From an uncultured candidate division Zixibacteria bacterium (GTDB lineage Bacteria > Zixibacteria > MSB-5A5 > UBA10806 > 4484-95), in NCBI GenBank assembly GCA_963668625.2, contig CAXXKA010000006.1, positions 832,001 to 896,000 on the forward strand: a DNA stretch of 64,000 nt, written 5' to 3'. Numbering within the stretch: position 1 is the first letter of the stretch; each line of letters starts with the position of its first letter. Positions 27,702 to 38,269 of the stretch are shown piece by piece. The notes beneath the pieces are model-generated. The model had not been told where the DNA came from and ran no database searches. It saw only the letters and a list, made by a program, of their open reading frames with translations. The position numbers and the translations under genes were made by a program.

Positions 27702-28605
27702 TTTCTGAAATTTGATCCGGTGTTTCTATAGCTATTTTTTTGAGCTCGATCCGCTTTTTCGTGTCATACAGTTGTTCGAGATATTTGAATGCCACCACAC
27801 CGATAATACCTATAACTATGCCGGCGATAACATCCAGAGGGTAATGGTATCGGCCGTAAATCGTAGCCAGTATCAGCGTAATGAGTACCGGCGCTAAGGC
27901 CACGAATAGCCTTTTACCATAACGAAAAACCAGGATAAACATGACCGTGGCCGCCGAACAATGTGCCGAGGGGAAAGCCCCGCCTTTAAGCATATGATCC
28001 GATTCCAGCATTTTGGTGAACGATCGGAATATGTAACCTTTCAGCTCGACCGAATACATATCGGCCATAGCCACCCGGGGGCCAACTACTGGAATCAGCG
28101 AGTAAAGCACGTAGCAAATAAAAAACGAAATTAACAGCGAACCCAACAGATGTCGCCATTCGTTATCGCGATGGGTGGCGTATAACCAGATAGTAGTGAA
28201 CGGGATCAGTAGCAGGTAGACAGAGTATGAAAGCAGCATCCACTCGGTAAGAAGGGGATGATAGTATTTCTGCACCCAGATAGTGGGGTGTACTCCGAAA
28301 AACCAATTCTCCAGATCGATAATATAATCATCGAAAACACCATCGAAAAACATATGCACCTGATGCCCCGCTACCTGGTAGAAAAACACGGTAAGCACCA
28401 CAGGATAGAGGCTGCCGATAAATTTACACACCCTGTTTTTGAATCTGATTCTGAGGAATATACTGATTAACGTAAGCGCCAGGCATCCCGAGTAAACCGA
28501 AATGATATAATACGGGTCATCGAGATTATAACCCAGTAGCGATACGTAAAGTATCTGAAATATGCAGTAACTGATCACTATCAGATCGATAAGTGTCAGT
28601 TTCAT
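27685..28605 (-). CDS. PAP2-superfamily membrane phosphoesterase (Aur1/IPC-synthase-like)
   Basis: PVVGPR, AFPSAH and YGRYHYPLD motifs; multiple TMs. Confidence 0.85.
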   Translation of the reverse strand: MKLTLIDLIVISYCIFQILYVSLLGYNLDDPYYIISVYSGCLALTLISIFLRIRFKNRVCKFIGSLYPVVLTVFFYQVAGHQVHMFFDGVFDDYIIDLENWFFGVHPTIWVQKYYHPLLTEWMLLSYSVYLLLIPFTTIWLYATHRDNEWRHLLGSLLISFFICYVLYSLIPVVGPRVAMADMYSVELKGYIFRSFTKMLESDHMLKGGAFPSAHCSAATVMFILVFRYGKRLFVALAPVLITLILATIYGRYHYPLDVIAGIVIGIIGVVAFKYLEQLYDTKKRIELKKIAIETPDQISEITLPG

Positions 28606-28621
28606 GATTTGCTCTTTTAGT

Positions 28622-29305
28622 TTACCGCCCATATACAATGAATATATCCAATGCCACCCCTAGTGTCCAGTGCCATATGAATATCGGCCAGATAGATCGG
28701 GTTTTCAGGACAATTATCCCGAAAACTATCCCGGCAAAAATCGCGCTGAATATCTCGCCATCCGGTTTGCCGATATGTATCAGACAGGAGGGGATGGTTT
28801 GAATAAGCACGCTGTTTAGTTCTCCGAATTTACTTTTCAATCCGAATAGCATGAAACCCCGGAAAAACACCTCCCAGCCTATATAGTACAGGCCATACAT
28901 GAGCCAGTATTGCCAGCCGACCGAGTGATTATGCAATAGTCCCCGGTATAGCGGATACTCAGCCATGAAATCGGGATTATCGGCGGTCAGGTACGCAATC
29001 AGTACCATCACCGGTATACCTGCTATCGCGATAATCAACGATAATCTGCTGATACCTAATGACAGCCCCATATCTTTTAAATAATCTCCGAATCCGAAAC
29101 GCCAGATTAATACTGGAATTATACCCATCAAAACGAAAGAGGCTAAAAAATAATAGTACTGAGATATCGGGCCGTTTACCGGGCCGAAATGATTTTCATA
29201 AAAATCCGCTGAGCCGTAATAAACAAATATCGTAAGTACGATCGAACAATACAACAGTATAGCCGAGGTTCTCACATTACTGATTTTTGGAATTTCTAAA
29301 CGCAT
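28622..29305 (-). CDS. CPBP (CAAX/Abi) intramembrane metalloprotease
   Basis: WEVFFRG, IHIGKP, IWPIFIWH motifs. Confidence 0.85.
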   Translation of the reverse strand: MRLEIPKISNVRTSAILLYCSIVLTIFVYYGSADFYENHFGPVNGPISQYYYFLASFVLMGIIPVLIWRFGFGDYLKDMGLSLGISRLSLIIAIAGIPVMVLIAYLTADNPDFMAEYPLYRGLLHNHSVGWQYWLMYGLYYIGWEVFFRGFMLFGLKSKFGELNSVLIQTIPSCLIHIGKPDGEIFSAIFAGIVFGIIVLKTRSIWPIFIWHWTLGVALDIFIVYGR

Positions 29306-29434
29306 TTACACTCCTGCAACTAATACGTGAATGCCTATTATAGGGTTCAATTAAATCCCTGTCAATAATATACAAAATACTTGATATGCATCCGAATCTG
29401 ATATATGTTTGGTGAATTGAGAAAGGATGCTTAA

Positions 29435-30853
29435 ATGAAGAGAATGCTTACTTTGTTTGTTGTCTGTGCCGTAACCCTGTTTACTTACCAGGTGTTTGCC
29501 CAGATTGGCCACGAACAGGAAACTGAGATACGCGATACTTCATCAGTTTTCGAAAAACATGTCGAGCCTGTCGAAAGCTCGGAACATCAAACTGAGCCCG
29601 TGGAGTCCGAGGATTCCGGCCACGGGAACTCCGACTTTGCCGAAATCTTGATTTCACTGGTGATTATTTTATTGGCGGCTAAAATTGGCGGTGATTTATG
29701 CGAGAGGATAAAACAACCGGCAGTTTTAGGCGAGCTGTTGTTTGGTGTAATTATCGGTAACCTGTATTTGTTGGGATTTCATGGATTCGAGCACATTAAG
29801 CATCACATTTCAATCGAAATATTGGCGGAAATAGGCGTAATCATCCTGCTTTTCGAGGTTGGTCTGGAGTCGAATCTCAAAGAAATGATCAAAGTCGGCT
29901 TGCTATCGTTTTTGGTGGCCGTGCTTGGCGTAATCGCGCCGTTTTTGCTCGGCTGGGGCGTTTCGGCGTATTTTATGCCTGAAGCCTCGATATATGTCCA
30001 CGTATTCATAGGCGCGACTTTAACCGCCACCTCGGTGGGAATAACCGCCAGGGTTCTTCAAGATATGGGGAAAATTCGAACTCGGGAATCGAAGATTATT
30101 CTGGGAGCGGCAGTTATCGATGATATTCTCGGGCTCGTAATCCTGGCAATCGTTATGGGTATCATAACCTCGGTAAATACCGGCGGTGGTGATGTTTCCA
30201 GCCTCCAGATACTGTTGATCGTCGGCAAAGCGTTCGCGTTTATCGTAGGCTCGATCCTGATAGGCGGCTTTCTTGCACCTTATCTTTTCAGGTTCGTTGC
30301 CCGGATGCGTGGGGCCGGGCTATTAATATCGTTTGCCCTGATGTTCTGTTTCGTGCTGGCTTATATCGCCCAACTCATTAATTTAGCTCCGATCGTTGGC
30401 GCATTCGCCGCAGGTCTAATCCTCGATGATGTCCATTATAAGAGCCTGACAGATAAAGGCGAGAAACAGCTCGGCGAGTTACTTAAACCAATTGCTGCAT
30501 TCCTGGTACCGATATTTTTCGTTCATATGGGCATGCGGGTAGAACTTCTGAGCTTTGGCAATGTTGCCATTCTCGGTTTCGCCATGGTTTTGACACTGGT
30601 TGCTATAATAGGCAAGCAGATTTGCTCGCTGGGAGTTGTTTTCGAGAAAAATATCAATAAATGGGTTATCGGACTGGGGATGATACCCAGAGGCGAAGTA
30701 GGCCTGATATTCGCCGGGATCGGTTCCAAGCTTATGATCGATAATGTACCGGTTATCGATTCGAACACGTTCTCAGCGGTTGTCATTATGGTTATCCTTA
30801 CAACTTTGATAACACCTCCTGTTTTAAAGGCAGTATTTTCAAGAAGTTCTTAG
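29435..30853 (+). CDS. CPA2-family cation:proton antiporter
   Basis: KQPAVLGEL, TATSVGI, AAVIDDILG, GMIPRGEVG. Confidence 0.92.
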   Translation: MKRMLTLFVVCAVTLFTYQVFAQIGHEQETEIRDTSSVFEKHVEPVESSEHQTEPVESEDSGHGNSDFAEILISLVIILLAAKIGGDLCERIKQPAVLGELLFGVIIGNLYLLGFHGFEHIKHHISIEILAEIGVIILLFEVGLESNLKEMIKVGLLSFLVAVLGVIAPFLLGWGVSAYFMPEASIYVHVFIGATLTATSVGITARVLQDMGKIRTRESKIILGAAVIDDILGLVILAIVMGIITSVNTGGGDVSSLQILLIVGKAFAFIVGSILIGGFLAPYLFRFVARMRGAGLLISFALMFCFVLAYIAQLINLAPIVGAFAAGLILDDVHYKSLTDKGEKQLGELLKPIAAFLVPIFFVHMGMRVELLSFGNVAILGFAMVLTLVAIIGKQICSLGVVFEKNINKWVIGLGMIPRGEVGLIFAGIGSKLMIDNVPVIDSNTFSAVVIMVILTTLITPPVLKAVFSRSS

Positions 30854-30913
30854 TGACTTCCTTAACATATCCACCTATATGACGATAAAGAAATAAGGTG
30901 GATAGGTACGTTT

Positions 30914-32467
30914 ATGTCTTTGACCGGTAGAATCGAAAAACTTTATTTTATCGCCAAGCTGTTCGCTATAGCGCCGCTGGTTAGCTGGGTTTACTTCCAT
31001 GCTAAAAGCGATATATTATCCCAATTTACAGTACTACTTCTTGTTTATGGTCTTATAAACATGCTAATCATGTGGTTGTCGGGTAAACGCCTGATCAAAG
31101 GATCCGGTATATATTTCCCGTTAACAGCTATTGATGTGCTTTACGTATTCTCCTCGATGGCTTATTTCGGGGAAGCGACACAGAATATGTATGTGCTGTT
31201 TTATTTCTTGATACTACTGCTTTCGATTATCAGGCCTGCCTCGGCGGTTATACTGGCTGCTGCCGTTTTTACCGTTACATATATAAGCACCTCGTTAATC
31301 AGTCCGGAAACGGTTACTGTCGGCGAGATAGTGATACGTTGTTTATATATTTGGCTTACCGGCGGAATGGGCTTTTTTATTGCTCGCTTTATCGGCTCCT
31401 CGGAGAAAAAACTGCTTAAAACCCTGGATGTTTTAAACGAACGTACATGGGAACTCGAATCTTCTCAGTCTATGCTCGAGAATATGTACGAGACAACGCG
31501 AATGTTTTCTACGATTCTCGACATCTACGAGTTAATGGATTCGGTATTGAATGTCGCTAAAGAGCTTCTTCAGGTGAAAAAATGTACTATTATGATGATT
31601 GATCAACGTGATAAAAACCTCTGTATCTATGCTGAACTCGATTATAATAAGAAACATATCTATAAACCGCCGAAAAGCGTCTCGGAAAAGATGCCAAACG
31701 ATATCGGTTCTTTAATTGCCGCCAAATACAGCGAAAGGCTGATTATTGGCGAGGATAAAAGCAAACGGGTGATGGAGGTGCCGCTTATATCTCATGGCAA
31801 AGTGCTGGGGCTTATCCAGATAGAGCCCCCGGCGAATCAGGAATATGCCGAAAAGGAACGCAAGAATTTCACCATCCTGGCCAACGCCACCGCTATCGCT
31901 ATGGATAACGCGGTTTTGCATATGAAAATGCAGGAGTTAACGGTCATCGATGAGTTAACCGGGTTGTTTAATTATCGCTATTTCAGGTCAAAACTCTCCG
32001 ATGAGGTAAGACGTGCCGAAAGATATCATCAAACCATGTCAATCTTAATGATCGATGTGGATCATTTTAAGGAAATAAACGATACCCAGGGACATCAAAC
32101 AGGTAATATAATACTTCAGGAGATAGTAAGCCTGATCAAGCGCTCGGTTCGGGATGTCGATGTCGTTGCCAGGTACGGCGGCGAGGAGTTCGTGGTTTTA
32201 TTGCCGCAAACACAAATCAAGCATGCGATGACAATTGCCGAGAGAATGCGTCGCAATGTGGAAAAATCGTATTTCACGAATTTCCAGGGACAACGAGAGA
32301 TCAGGGCGACGATCTCGATTGGCGTGGCTGTGTATCCCGATGGCGTCGACACTACCGATCAGCTTCTGGATAAAGTCGATCAAGCCATGTATCGGGCTAA
32401 GCGGGATGGCCGTAACCGGGTTGTCGATGCCGGAGCGATTATTGCACGGGTTAAAGCAAGCGAATGA
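30914..32467 (+). CDS. membrane GAF-GGDEF diguanylate cyclase
   Basis: N-terminal TMs, GAF, DELTGLFN, I-site RDVD, RYGGEEF. Confidence 0.93.
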   Translation: MSLTGRIEKLYFIAKLFAIAPLVSWVYFHAKSDILSQFTVLLLVYGLINMLIMWLSGKRLIKGSGIYFPLTAIDVLYVFSSMAYFGEATQNMYVLFYFLILLLSIIRPASAVILAAAVFTVTYISTSLISPETVTVGEIVIRCLYIWLTGGMGFFIARFIGSSEKKLLKTLDVLNERTWELESSQSMLENMYETTRMFSTILDIYELMDSVLNVAKELLQVKKCTIMMIDQRDKNLCIYAELDYNKKHIYKPPKSVSEKMPNDIGSLIAAKYSERLIIGEDKSKRVMEVPLISHGKVLGLIQIEPPANQEYAEKERKNFTILANATAIAMDNAVLHMKMQELTVIDELTGLFNYRYFRSKLSDEVRRAERYHQTMSILMIDVDHFKEINDTQGHQTGNIILQEIVSLIKRSVRDVDVVARYGGEEFVVLLPQTQIKHAMTIAERMRRNVEKSYFTNFQGQREIRATISIGVAVYPDGVDTTDQLLDKVDQAMYRAKRDGRNRVVDAGAIIARVKASE

Positions 32468-33414
32468 GCAGTATCACGGAAAGACTGATTTTAGGAATAA
32501 AAAATACTATACTTGATGATGACGAGCGACGAATACTTCAACGTATCAGTCCCGGCGGCATTATCTTATTCGATAGAAATATCGAAAGCCTGCCTCAGCT
32601 TGAAGCTCTTGTCGATGATATTAATTCTATTCTGGCCAATAAGCCGTTTATCGCGATAGATTTCGAGGGCGGCCGGGTAAGACGAGGCTCGGAGTTTTTC
32701 GGCAGGCTGGAGATGCCCGCTTATTACAAGGGAGATAAATTCAGCGAACTATCCGGTCATGCCAAAGCTGTTGCCATAATATTTAACGATATCGGCATAA
32801 ATCTGAATTTTGCGCCTGTAGCCGATCTTGATTATCTACCGCTAAATCCGGCGTTGACCGGCCGCGTGTACTCGGAGCGATTCGAGGAAGTCGCGCGATA
32901 TTGCAGCGAATTTATCGACGCCTTTCAAGGTAACGGCATTCTCTGTTGCTTGAAACATTTTCCCGGTCTCGGCTCCGCTGTTAACGATCCTCATAAGGCA
33001 GTATCTATAAGCTGTAGACCTGCCGAGAGTATAATCGAAAATGATATCAACTCGTTTCGGGCAGGTATCGAACATAGCCCTGGATTTCTCATGACCAGCC
33101 ATATTATTTTAGCCGAACTCGATAATGTTATTGCGACGTACTCGGAAAAGGTGATACATTTAGCCCGGAATATAGGCTTTGAGGGTGTGATTGTCAGCGA
33201 TGATCTATCTATGGGAGCTGTTGATGAGTTATCGCCGGCCGAGCGGGCGCATAATGCTCTCAAAGCGGGCCACGATATGGCGCTTATTTGCCATGATAAC
33301 GATAAATACGAGGATATTGCCGAATATCTCGAAAAGAATATTGACACGCTCGTAAAACACGGGCATATCGAGGCGTTAAACAGAATCAGAAATGCGAAAA
33401 ACGAACTGCCTTAA
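32464..33414 (+). CDS. nagZ: beta-N-acetylhexosaminidase (GH3)
   Basis: IDFEGGRV, NFAPVAD, KHFPGLG...DPH, SDDLSM. Confidence 0.88.
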   Translation: MSSITERLILGIKNTILDDDERRILQRISPGGIILFDRNIESLPQLEALVDDINSILANKPFIAIDFEGGRVRRGSEFFGRLEMPAYYKGDKFSELSGHAKAVAIIFNDIGINLNFAPVADLDYLPLNPALTGRVYSERFEEVARYCSEFIDAFQGNGILCCLKHFPGLGSAVNDPHKAVSISCRPAESIIENDINSFRAGIEHSPGFLMTSHIILAELDNVIATYSEKVIHLARNIGFEGVIVSDDLSMGAVDELSPAERAHNALKAGHDMALICHDNDKYEDIAEYLEKNIDTLVKHGHIEALNRIRNAKNELP

Positions 33415-34564
33415 AGATTTAATATCCGGGAAGAGTAAAACCATCATCGGTTTAAACAGCGGTACCTCTGCCGATGGTATAGACGCGGCTGTTATTCGGG
33501 TTTCCGGTAATGGCTTCAAGTCGAAAGTGGAATTTATTCGCGGAGCAACGTATAAACACAGCCTGAAATTAAAATCCCGGATATTGAAATACGCCCAGCC
33601 TGAATTCAGAGATGGAGTCAATTGGCTTAAGCTCGATATCGAATTGGCAGAAATGTTCGCAAAAGCATGTCTCAAGGTAATAAAAAAAGCCAGGCTACGT
33701 GTGGCCGATATTGATATGATCGGCTCGCACGGCCAGACAATCCGTCACTTACCGGCTGCTGATAGCCAATCGTTATCTTATCAACTGGGCGATCCGGCCC
33801 GAATAGCTGCTTTTACCGGCATTACTACTATTGGTGATTTCCGTATAGCCGATATCGCCTCGGGCGGGCAGGGAGCGCCGCTAACCCCGATCGTTAACGC
33901 CATTCTGTTCGGCGAAAGCCGGAGATCGGTGGGCGTTTTGAATATCGGTGGTATTGCTAATATCTCGGCCATTAGTTATTCTGATGGGAAATACCGCTTG
34001 TTCGGTTGCGATACGGGACCGGGAAACATGCTCATAGATTGGCTTAGTGACAGGCTCTTTAACCGGGAATACGATAGTAACGGTAAAATCGCCGCCACCG
34101 GATATGTAGACAAAACGCTGGCTAGCTCAATGCTCAAGGCGAAATACTACAATATCAAGGGGCCGAAATCCTCGGGGAGGGAACAGTATGGCGCGCGTTT
34201 CGCCGAGACGTTTTTGCATAAGGCTAAAGCAAGAGGATTAAAAAAAGAGGACATAATTGCAACGGCCTCATATTTAACCTCGAAAGCAGTACGAAAATGT
34301 GTTAAACTCAACGGGCTAAAGCTCGATCTATTAATAACAACAGGAGGCGGAACTAAAAACCGGTTTTTGATGAGAACTCTGGAGGAGCTGTTGCCTGATA
34401 TCGAGTTCAGGCAAGCGACGGAGTATGGTTTTCCCAATGATTATCTCGAAGCGGTTAGTTTCGCGATTTTAGCTAACGAGACATTATGTTCAAACAGATA
34501 CGACCTGAAAAAAGTAACCGGATCACGACAGGAAATAGTCTTAGGCAAAATCTGCCAGGCTTGA
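33392..34564 (+). CDS. anmK: anhydro-N-acetylmuramic acid kinase
   Basis: GLNSGTSADGID, GSHGQT, DFR..D..GGQGAPL, NIGGIAN, DTGPGN. Confidence 0.93.
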   Translation: MRKTNCLKDLISGKSKTIIGLNSGTSADGIDAAVIRVSGNGFKSKVEFIRGATYKHSLKLKSRILKYAQPEFRDGVNWLKLDIELAEMFAKACLKVIKKARLRVADIDMIGSHGQTIRHLPAADSQSLSYQLGDPARIAAFTGITTIGDFRIADIASGGQGAPLTPIVNAILFGESRRSVGVLNIGGIANISAISYSDGKYRLFGCDTGPGNMLIDWLSDRLFNREYDSNGKIAATGYVDKTLASSMLKAKYYNIKGPKSSGREQYGARFAETFLHKAKARGLKKEDIIATASYLTSKAVRKCVKLNGLKLDLLITTGGGTKNRFLMRTLEELLPDIEFRQATEYGFPNDYLEAVSFAILANETLCSNRYDLKKVTGSRQEIVLGKICQA

Positions 34565-35784
34565 TTTCGATTATACTCGTATTATTTTTATGCGGGACAT
34601 CGTTTGGTTTTTCCAAGCGAAAACCGCCCGAGAAATTCGAGTTCGACCGCCAGATTAGAGTCTGGCTGGGCGAAACCGACAGCGCTTCGGTCAATACCTC
34701 CGGCGAGATGATTATCGAATGTTATCGTAATGGTGATCGGGGAGAGATTTATTACACCTCCTCGGCCATTGAAATTAGCGCCGGCGAACGTGGAATTACG
34801 GTGATGGATAACAACGGCATACTGGCCCTCGATCTGACCTCGGTGGTATTCAAGCCACGATTCCCGAACGTGTTTTTGGATTATGACGAAAAACGATATC
34901 GTGGATTTATCGAATGCGACAGGTCGGGGGATGATCCGCATGTCAGGGTATTCAATTTAATCGATATAGAGTCGTACTTGAAAGGCGTATTGCCGGGAGA
35001 GTTGGGAGAGAGAACCGAGGATGAGTACGAGGCGGCTAAAGCTCAGGCTATCGCGGCGCGAACTTACGCAATCTGGAAACTATCCTCACAAGAAAATGAC
35101 AGGCATATTAAAAACTCCATCGATGACCAGTTGTACCTGGGGGCTAACGCCGAATTACCGCTATTGAATAAAGCGGTAGAGGAAACAGAGGGGATGATAT
35201 TGACCTATGATAGGTTGCCTATAGCGGCTTATTATCACGCGGTTTGCGGCGGTTCCACCACGCCTATCGAAAAAGTATGGCAAAGTGACGGCCTGCCCTA
35301 TCTAACAGGCGCCGTGGATGGTGATTACTGCCAGTGGGCTAAGACATTTTTCTGGAACGAGGAATTCGACATGGAGAGGTTGAAAACGAACCTCAGTAAT
35401 TATTTCGGAGGTAAAGGCAAACTCCCCCGAAAGGGATTCGGTAAAATTACTTCGATCAAATTCAAAAAGGATCACTCTATCGGCCGTATGGTTGAAATGC
35501 AAATAAAGACTACTACCGGCGAATTCGAAGTCGAGTCGGATCAGATAAGATGGGCGTTGAAAAAAGCATCCTCGAATAACGGAATATTACCCTCGACCCG
35601 GTTCAATTTCAGGATCAAGAAAGCCGGCGGCTCGATTACGGGCCTCGAGTTGGTTGGCGCGGGCAATGGTCATGGTATCGGCATGTGTCAGTGTGGGGCT
35701 ATCGGGCGGGCGCGTGACGGCGCTTCATACGCTGAGATTTTAAATACTTATTATCACGATATTACGATCGAGAAAATATATTAG
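34486..35784 (+). CDS. SpoIID/LytB domain protein (start uncertain, possibly TTG 34561)
   Basis: YLKGVLPGE, KAQAIAARTY, DQLYLG, GHGIGMCQ.GA. Confidence 0.88.
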   Translation: MFKQIRPEKSNRITTGNSLRQNLPGLISIILVLFLCGTSFGFSKRKPPEKFEFDRQIRVWLGETDSASVNTSGEMIIECYRNGDRGEIYYTSSAIEISAGERGITVMDNNGILALDLTSVVFKPRFPNVFLDYDEKRYRGFIECDRSGDDPHVRVFNLIDIESYLKGVLPGELGERTEDEYEAAKAQAIAARTYAIWKLSSQENDRHIKNSIDDQLYLGANAELPLLNKAVEETEGMILTYDRLPIAAYYHAVCGGSTTPIEKVWQSDGLPYLTGAVDGDYCQWAKTFFWNEEFDMERLKTNLSNYFGGKGKLPRKGFGKITSIKFKKDHSIGRMVEMQIKTTTGEFEVESDQIRWALKKASSNNGILPSTRFNFRIKKAGGSITGLELVGAGNGHGIGMCQCGAIGRARDGASYAEILNTYYHDITIEKIY

Positions 35785-36446
35785 TCATCCACCGGCAAAC
35801 TTCCCGGGTTGGCGTTAAGCGTATCGACAAAATTAAGCGCCATGTGTTGAATTTTCTGTGCGTTTTCATCTATAAGAGTGAGTTTATCCAGAGTACCGCT
35901 ATCATAAGCCGTGGCTGATTGCATTATCAACTGAATGTTCCCTATAATCGCTGTCAGCAGGTTATTAATTTCACTGTTATACGATAATGTCATACTGACA
36001 ATATCCCGCTTGGATTGATTTTCCTGCATTTGACTATGAATATTATATAGTTTGAGGTTCAAGCGATAGCATTTAAGGGCGGTTTCCAGGGCAGAGAGGA
36101 AATTTTGTTTGATATTCGAATCGTCTTTAACGAAAACGCAGGCGTTATCGAACGTGGTATCGGTAGAGTCGTGTTTGCCGGGAATGTCATCGATTATGAT
36201 AATTCCGGGATTCGGCGTCAGGCTGCTGATCGTCTTAACGAGTTTCCTCCTGTCTCTCGAGTTGGAGGGGTATTTCATCACGATAGCGTTGCATTCGTCG
36301 GTTTTTAAAAATCCGATACTTTTATCGAGGGAATTTTCGTAAATGACATCCAGGGCCGGGAAAGATTTCTTAATCTCGGCGTTCGTCGGTAAATCGAAAT
36401 GATATTCGCTGTCTACGATCAAAACTATTTCTTTGCCCATACGCAT
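35781..36446 (-). CDS. degenerate receiver domain plus HisKA-like helix pair without catalytic domain
   Basis: IVLIVDS pseudo-REC; SEINNLLTAIIGNIQL resembles an H-box lacking His. Confidence 0.6.
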   Translation of the reverse strand: MRMGKEIVLIVDSEYHFDLPTNAEIKKSFPALDVIYENSLDKSIGFLKTDECNAIVMKYPSNSRDRRKLVKTISSLTPNPGIIIIDDIPGKHDSTDTTFDNACVFVKDDSNIKQNFLSALETALKCYRLNLKLYNIHSQMQENQSKRDIVSMTLSYNSEINNLLTAIIGNIQLIMQSATAYDSGTLDKLTLIDENAQKIQHMALNFVDTLNANPGSLPVDD

Positions 36447-36530
36447 AGGATATCGTCTATGTGATAGCTGGAATTCAATCGCCTGAAAATCGAGCGATCG
36501 TTTCCTGTTTCATCGTGTATAGGCGTTTAT

Positions 36531-38168
36531 TTATTTAACGAACGCGAATTTGATTGTCCGGCAAGCGGATGGGCTATGCAGGTAGGCAAGGTAAAAGCCC
36601 GAGGCTATTTTTTCGGCGGATTTATTTTTTGCGTCCCATATTTTTTCGTTAATACTATCCCCATCGGGGACTAAATCGATTGATTTGACTTTGTCACCGG
36701 CGACCGTATAAATAATGATTTTGGAATTTTCGGTGATCGGAGGATCGAACAAGAATATCACCGAATCGTGCGCCGGATGAGGAGCGACGAAAACGGGTTC
36801 GCCGTCGGGAGAGGCTATTTCGCCACTGTACATATTATAGAACCGCGCGATTCCCCAACCATAATCGTTATCGGGGCTGCCGGAATTGGAGGCGTAACGT
36901 TTTAGATTATAAAGGATGGCTCCAATATCCCAATCGGGGTGGGCCTCCAGTATAAGCGCCAGACCGCCTGCGATTATCGGGGCGGAAAAAGATGTTCCGT
37001 TGGAGGTGAGGAATCCACCGCTATAATAATTAGCAGTGACCACGCCCTGTGCCAGCGCGCAAACATCGGGTTTAATACGGCCGTCAGCGGTGGGGCCGGG
37101 AGAGGAGTTGGCGTACAGGGTGCCATTTGAAATTATGCCACCGGCCGCGATAACCGAGTCGCCGTCGGCCGGGACGATTAACGTGCCCCAGTTATTTCGG
37201 CGTTCGTTGCCAGCGGAGTTAACCACGATTATTCCCAGCGAAGCGGCCATATCGGCGGCGGCGGTGATAGCAGGCGTGTCGCCATCGAGATCCGATTGGT
37301 CATACCAATCGGTGTAGCCTACCGAACTGGAGATTATATCAACACCGGCAACCTCCATCGACTCGGCGGCGGCGATCCAGTAGTCCTCCTCGATCTGTAC
37401 CTCGGGGTAGTAAAGCTCGGTTTTGGCCAGGAAAAATTCGGCGTTGTAAGCCGCGCCTATAAGATTACCCTCGCTGTACCCGCCGATAACCGACCAGGTT
37501 GCCGTACCGTGGCTCTGCTGGACATCCTGAGAGTCTTGCACGTCACCGTCGTTGTTGATAAAATCATAAGTAGCCAATAAACGTCCGTCATCTATGATAT
37601 GGCTCATTGCCGAATGTTCGAGATTAAAACCGGTATCCATGATACCGATATATACGCCCTCGCCGGTGAAATTCAGACTGTGAAGAGAATCAATCTGGCA
37701 TAAGTGAAGCTGTGTATATGACGGGCCGTAGTCCAGGGCGGTGTACTCCAGAGGGGATAGTGTTTTGGCCATCTGAGGAGTTAGCTCCTCGTTATCGAAA
37801 GTTCTATTTTTAAATGTAGCTACCTGTTTAATGTCTTTAATAAATCCTAGCTGCCTGACTTGATTGATCGCCTGTTCCGAGCCCGCTACACTCACCGCTC
37901 CAAGCCATCTGGAGACCACATGCACGGTTAATCCGGCATTCTCTATCTGCTCTATAACCTCCGGATCGGGGCGGTAGTCATGTTTGTCTAATGGTGAGTC
38001 AAAACCGCGGATAGCTCTTCGGTTTTGTGCACGTTCAGATACATTGACTTTGGTGTTAATATTATCATCACTTACGAATAGCCAGTGTTTGGGCTGCATT
38101 GCTTGAATACTGTTGCTATTAATAATAATTATTATTAATATTGCACTATAACCTGTTAATTTCCGCAT
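36531..38168 (-). CDS. secreted S8 subtilisin-like peptidase with C-terminal FlgD-Ig-like domain
   Basis: DTG, HGT and GTSFSAP catalytic motifs; tail WDAKNKSAEKIASGFY; signal-like MRKLTG... (start uncertain). Confidence 0.9.
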   Translation of the reverse strand: MRKLTGYSAILIIIIINSNSIQAMQPKHWLFVSDDNINTKVNVSERAQNRRAIRGFDSPLDKHDYRPDPEVIEQIENAGLTVHVVSRWLGAVSVAGSEQAINQVRQLGFIKDIKQVATFKNRTFDNEELTPQMAKTLSPLEYTALDYGPSYTQLHLCQIDSLHSLNFTGEGVYIGIMDTGFNLEHSAMSHIIDDGRLLATYDFINNDGDVQDSQDVQQSHGTATWSVIGGYSEGNLIGAAYNAEFFLAKTELYYPEVQIEEDYWIAAAESMEVAGVDIISSSVGYTDWYDQSDLDGDTPAITAAADMAASLGIIVVNSAGNERRNNWGTLIVPADGDSVIAAGGIISNGTLYANSSPGPTADGRIKPDVCALAQGVVTANYYSGGFLTSNGTSFSAPIIAGGLALILEAHPDWDIGAILYNLKRYASNSGSPDNDYGWGIARFYNMYSGEIASPDGEPVFVAPHPAHDSVIFLFDPPITENSKIIIYTVAGDKVKSIDLVPDGDSINEKIWDAKNKSAEKIASGFYLAYLHSPSACRTIKFAFVK

Positions 38169-38198
38169 TAATGCACTTAATAGACCCATGATATTTGC

Positions 38199-38227
38199 TT
38201 GACTTTTACCGATAAACATAGTATCCT
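38199..38227 (+). promoter_or_regulatory. sigma70-like promoter for the ECF sigma gene
   Basis: TTGACT-17 bp-TATCCT. Confidence 0.4.
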
Positions 38228-38269
38228 TTCCGATGTTAGTACAAAGTGGTACAAACATGATAGGATTTT

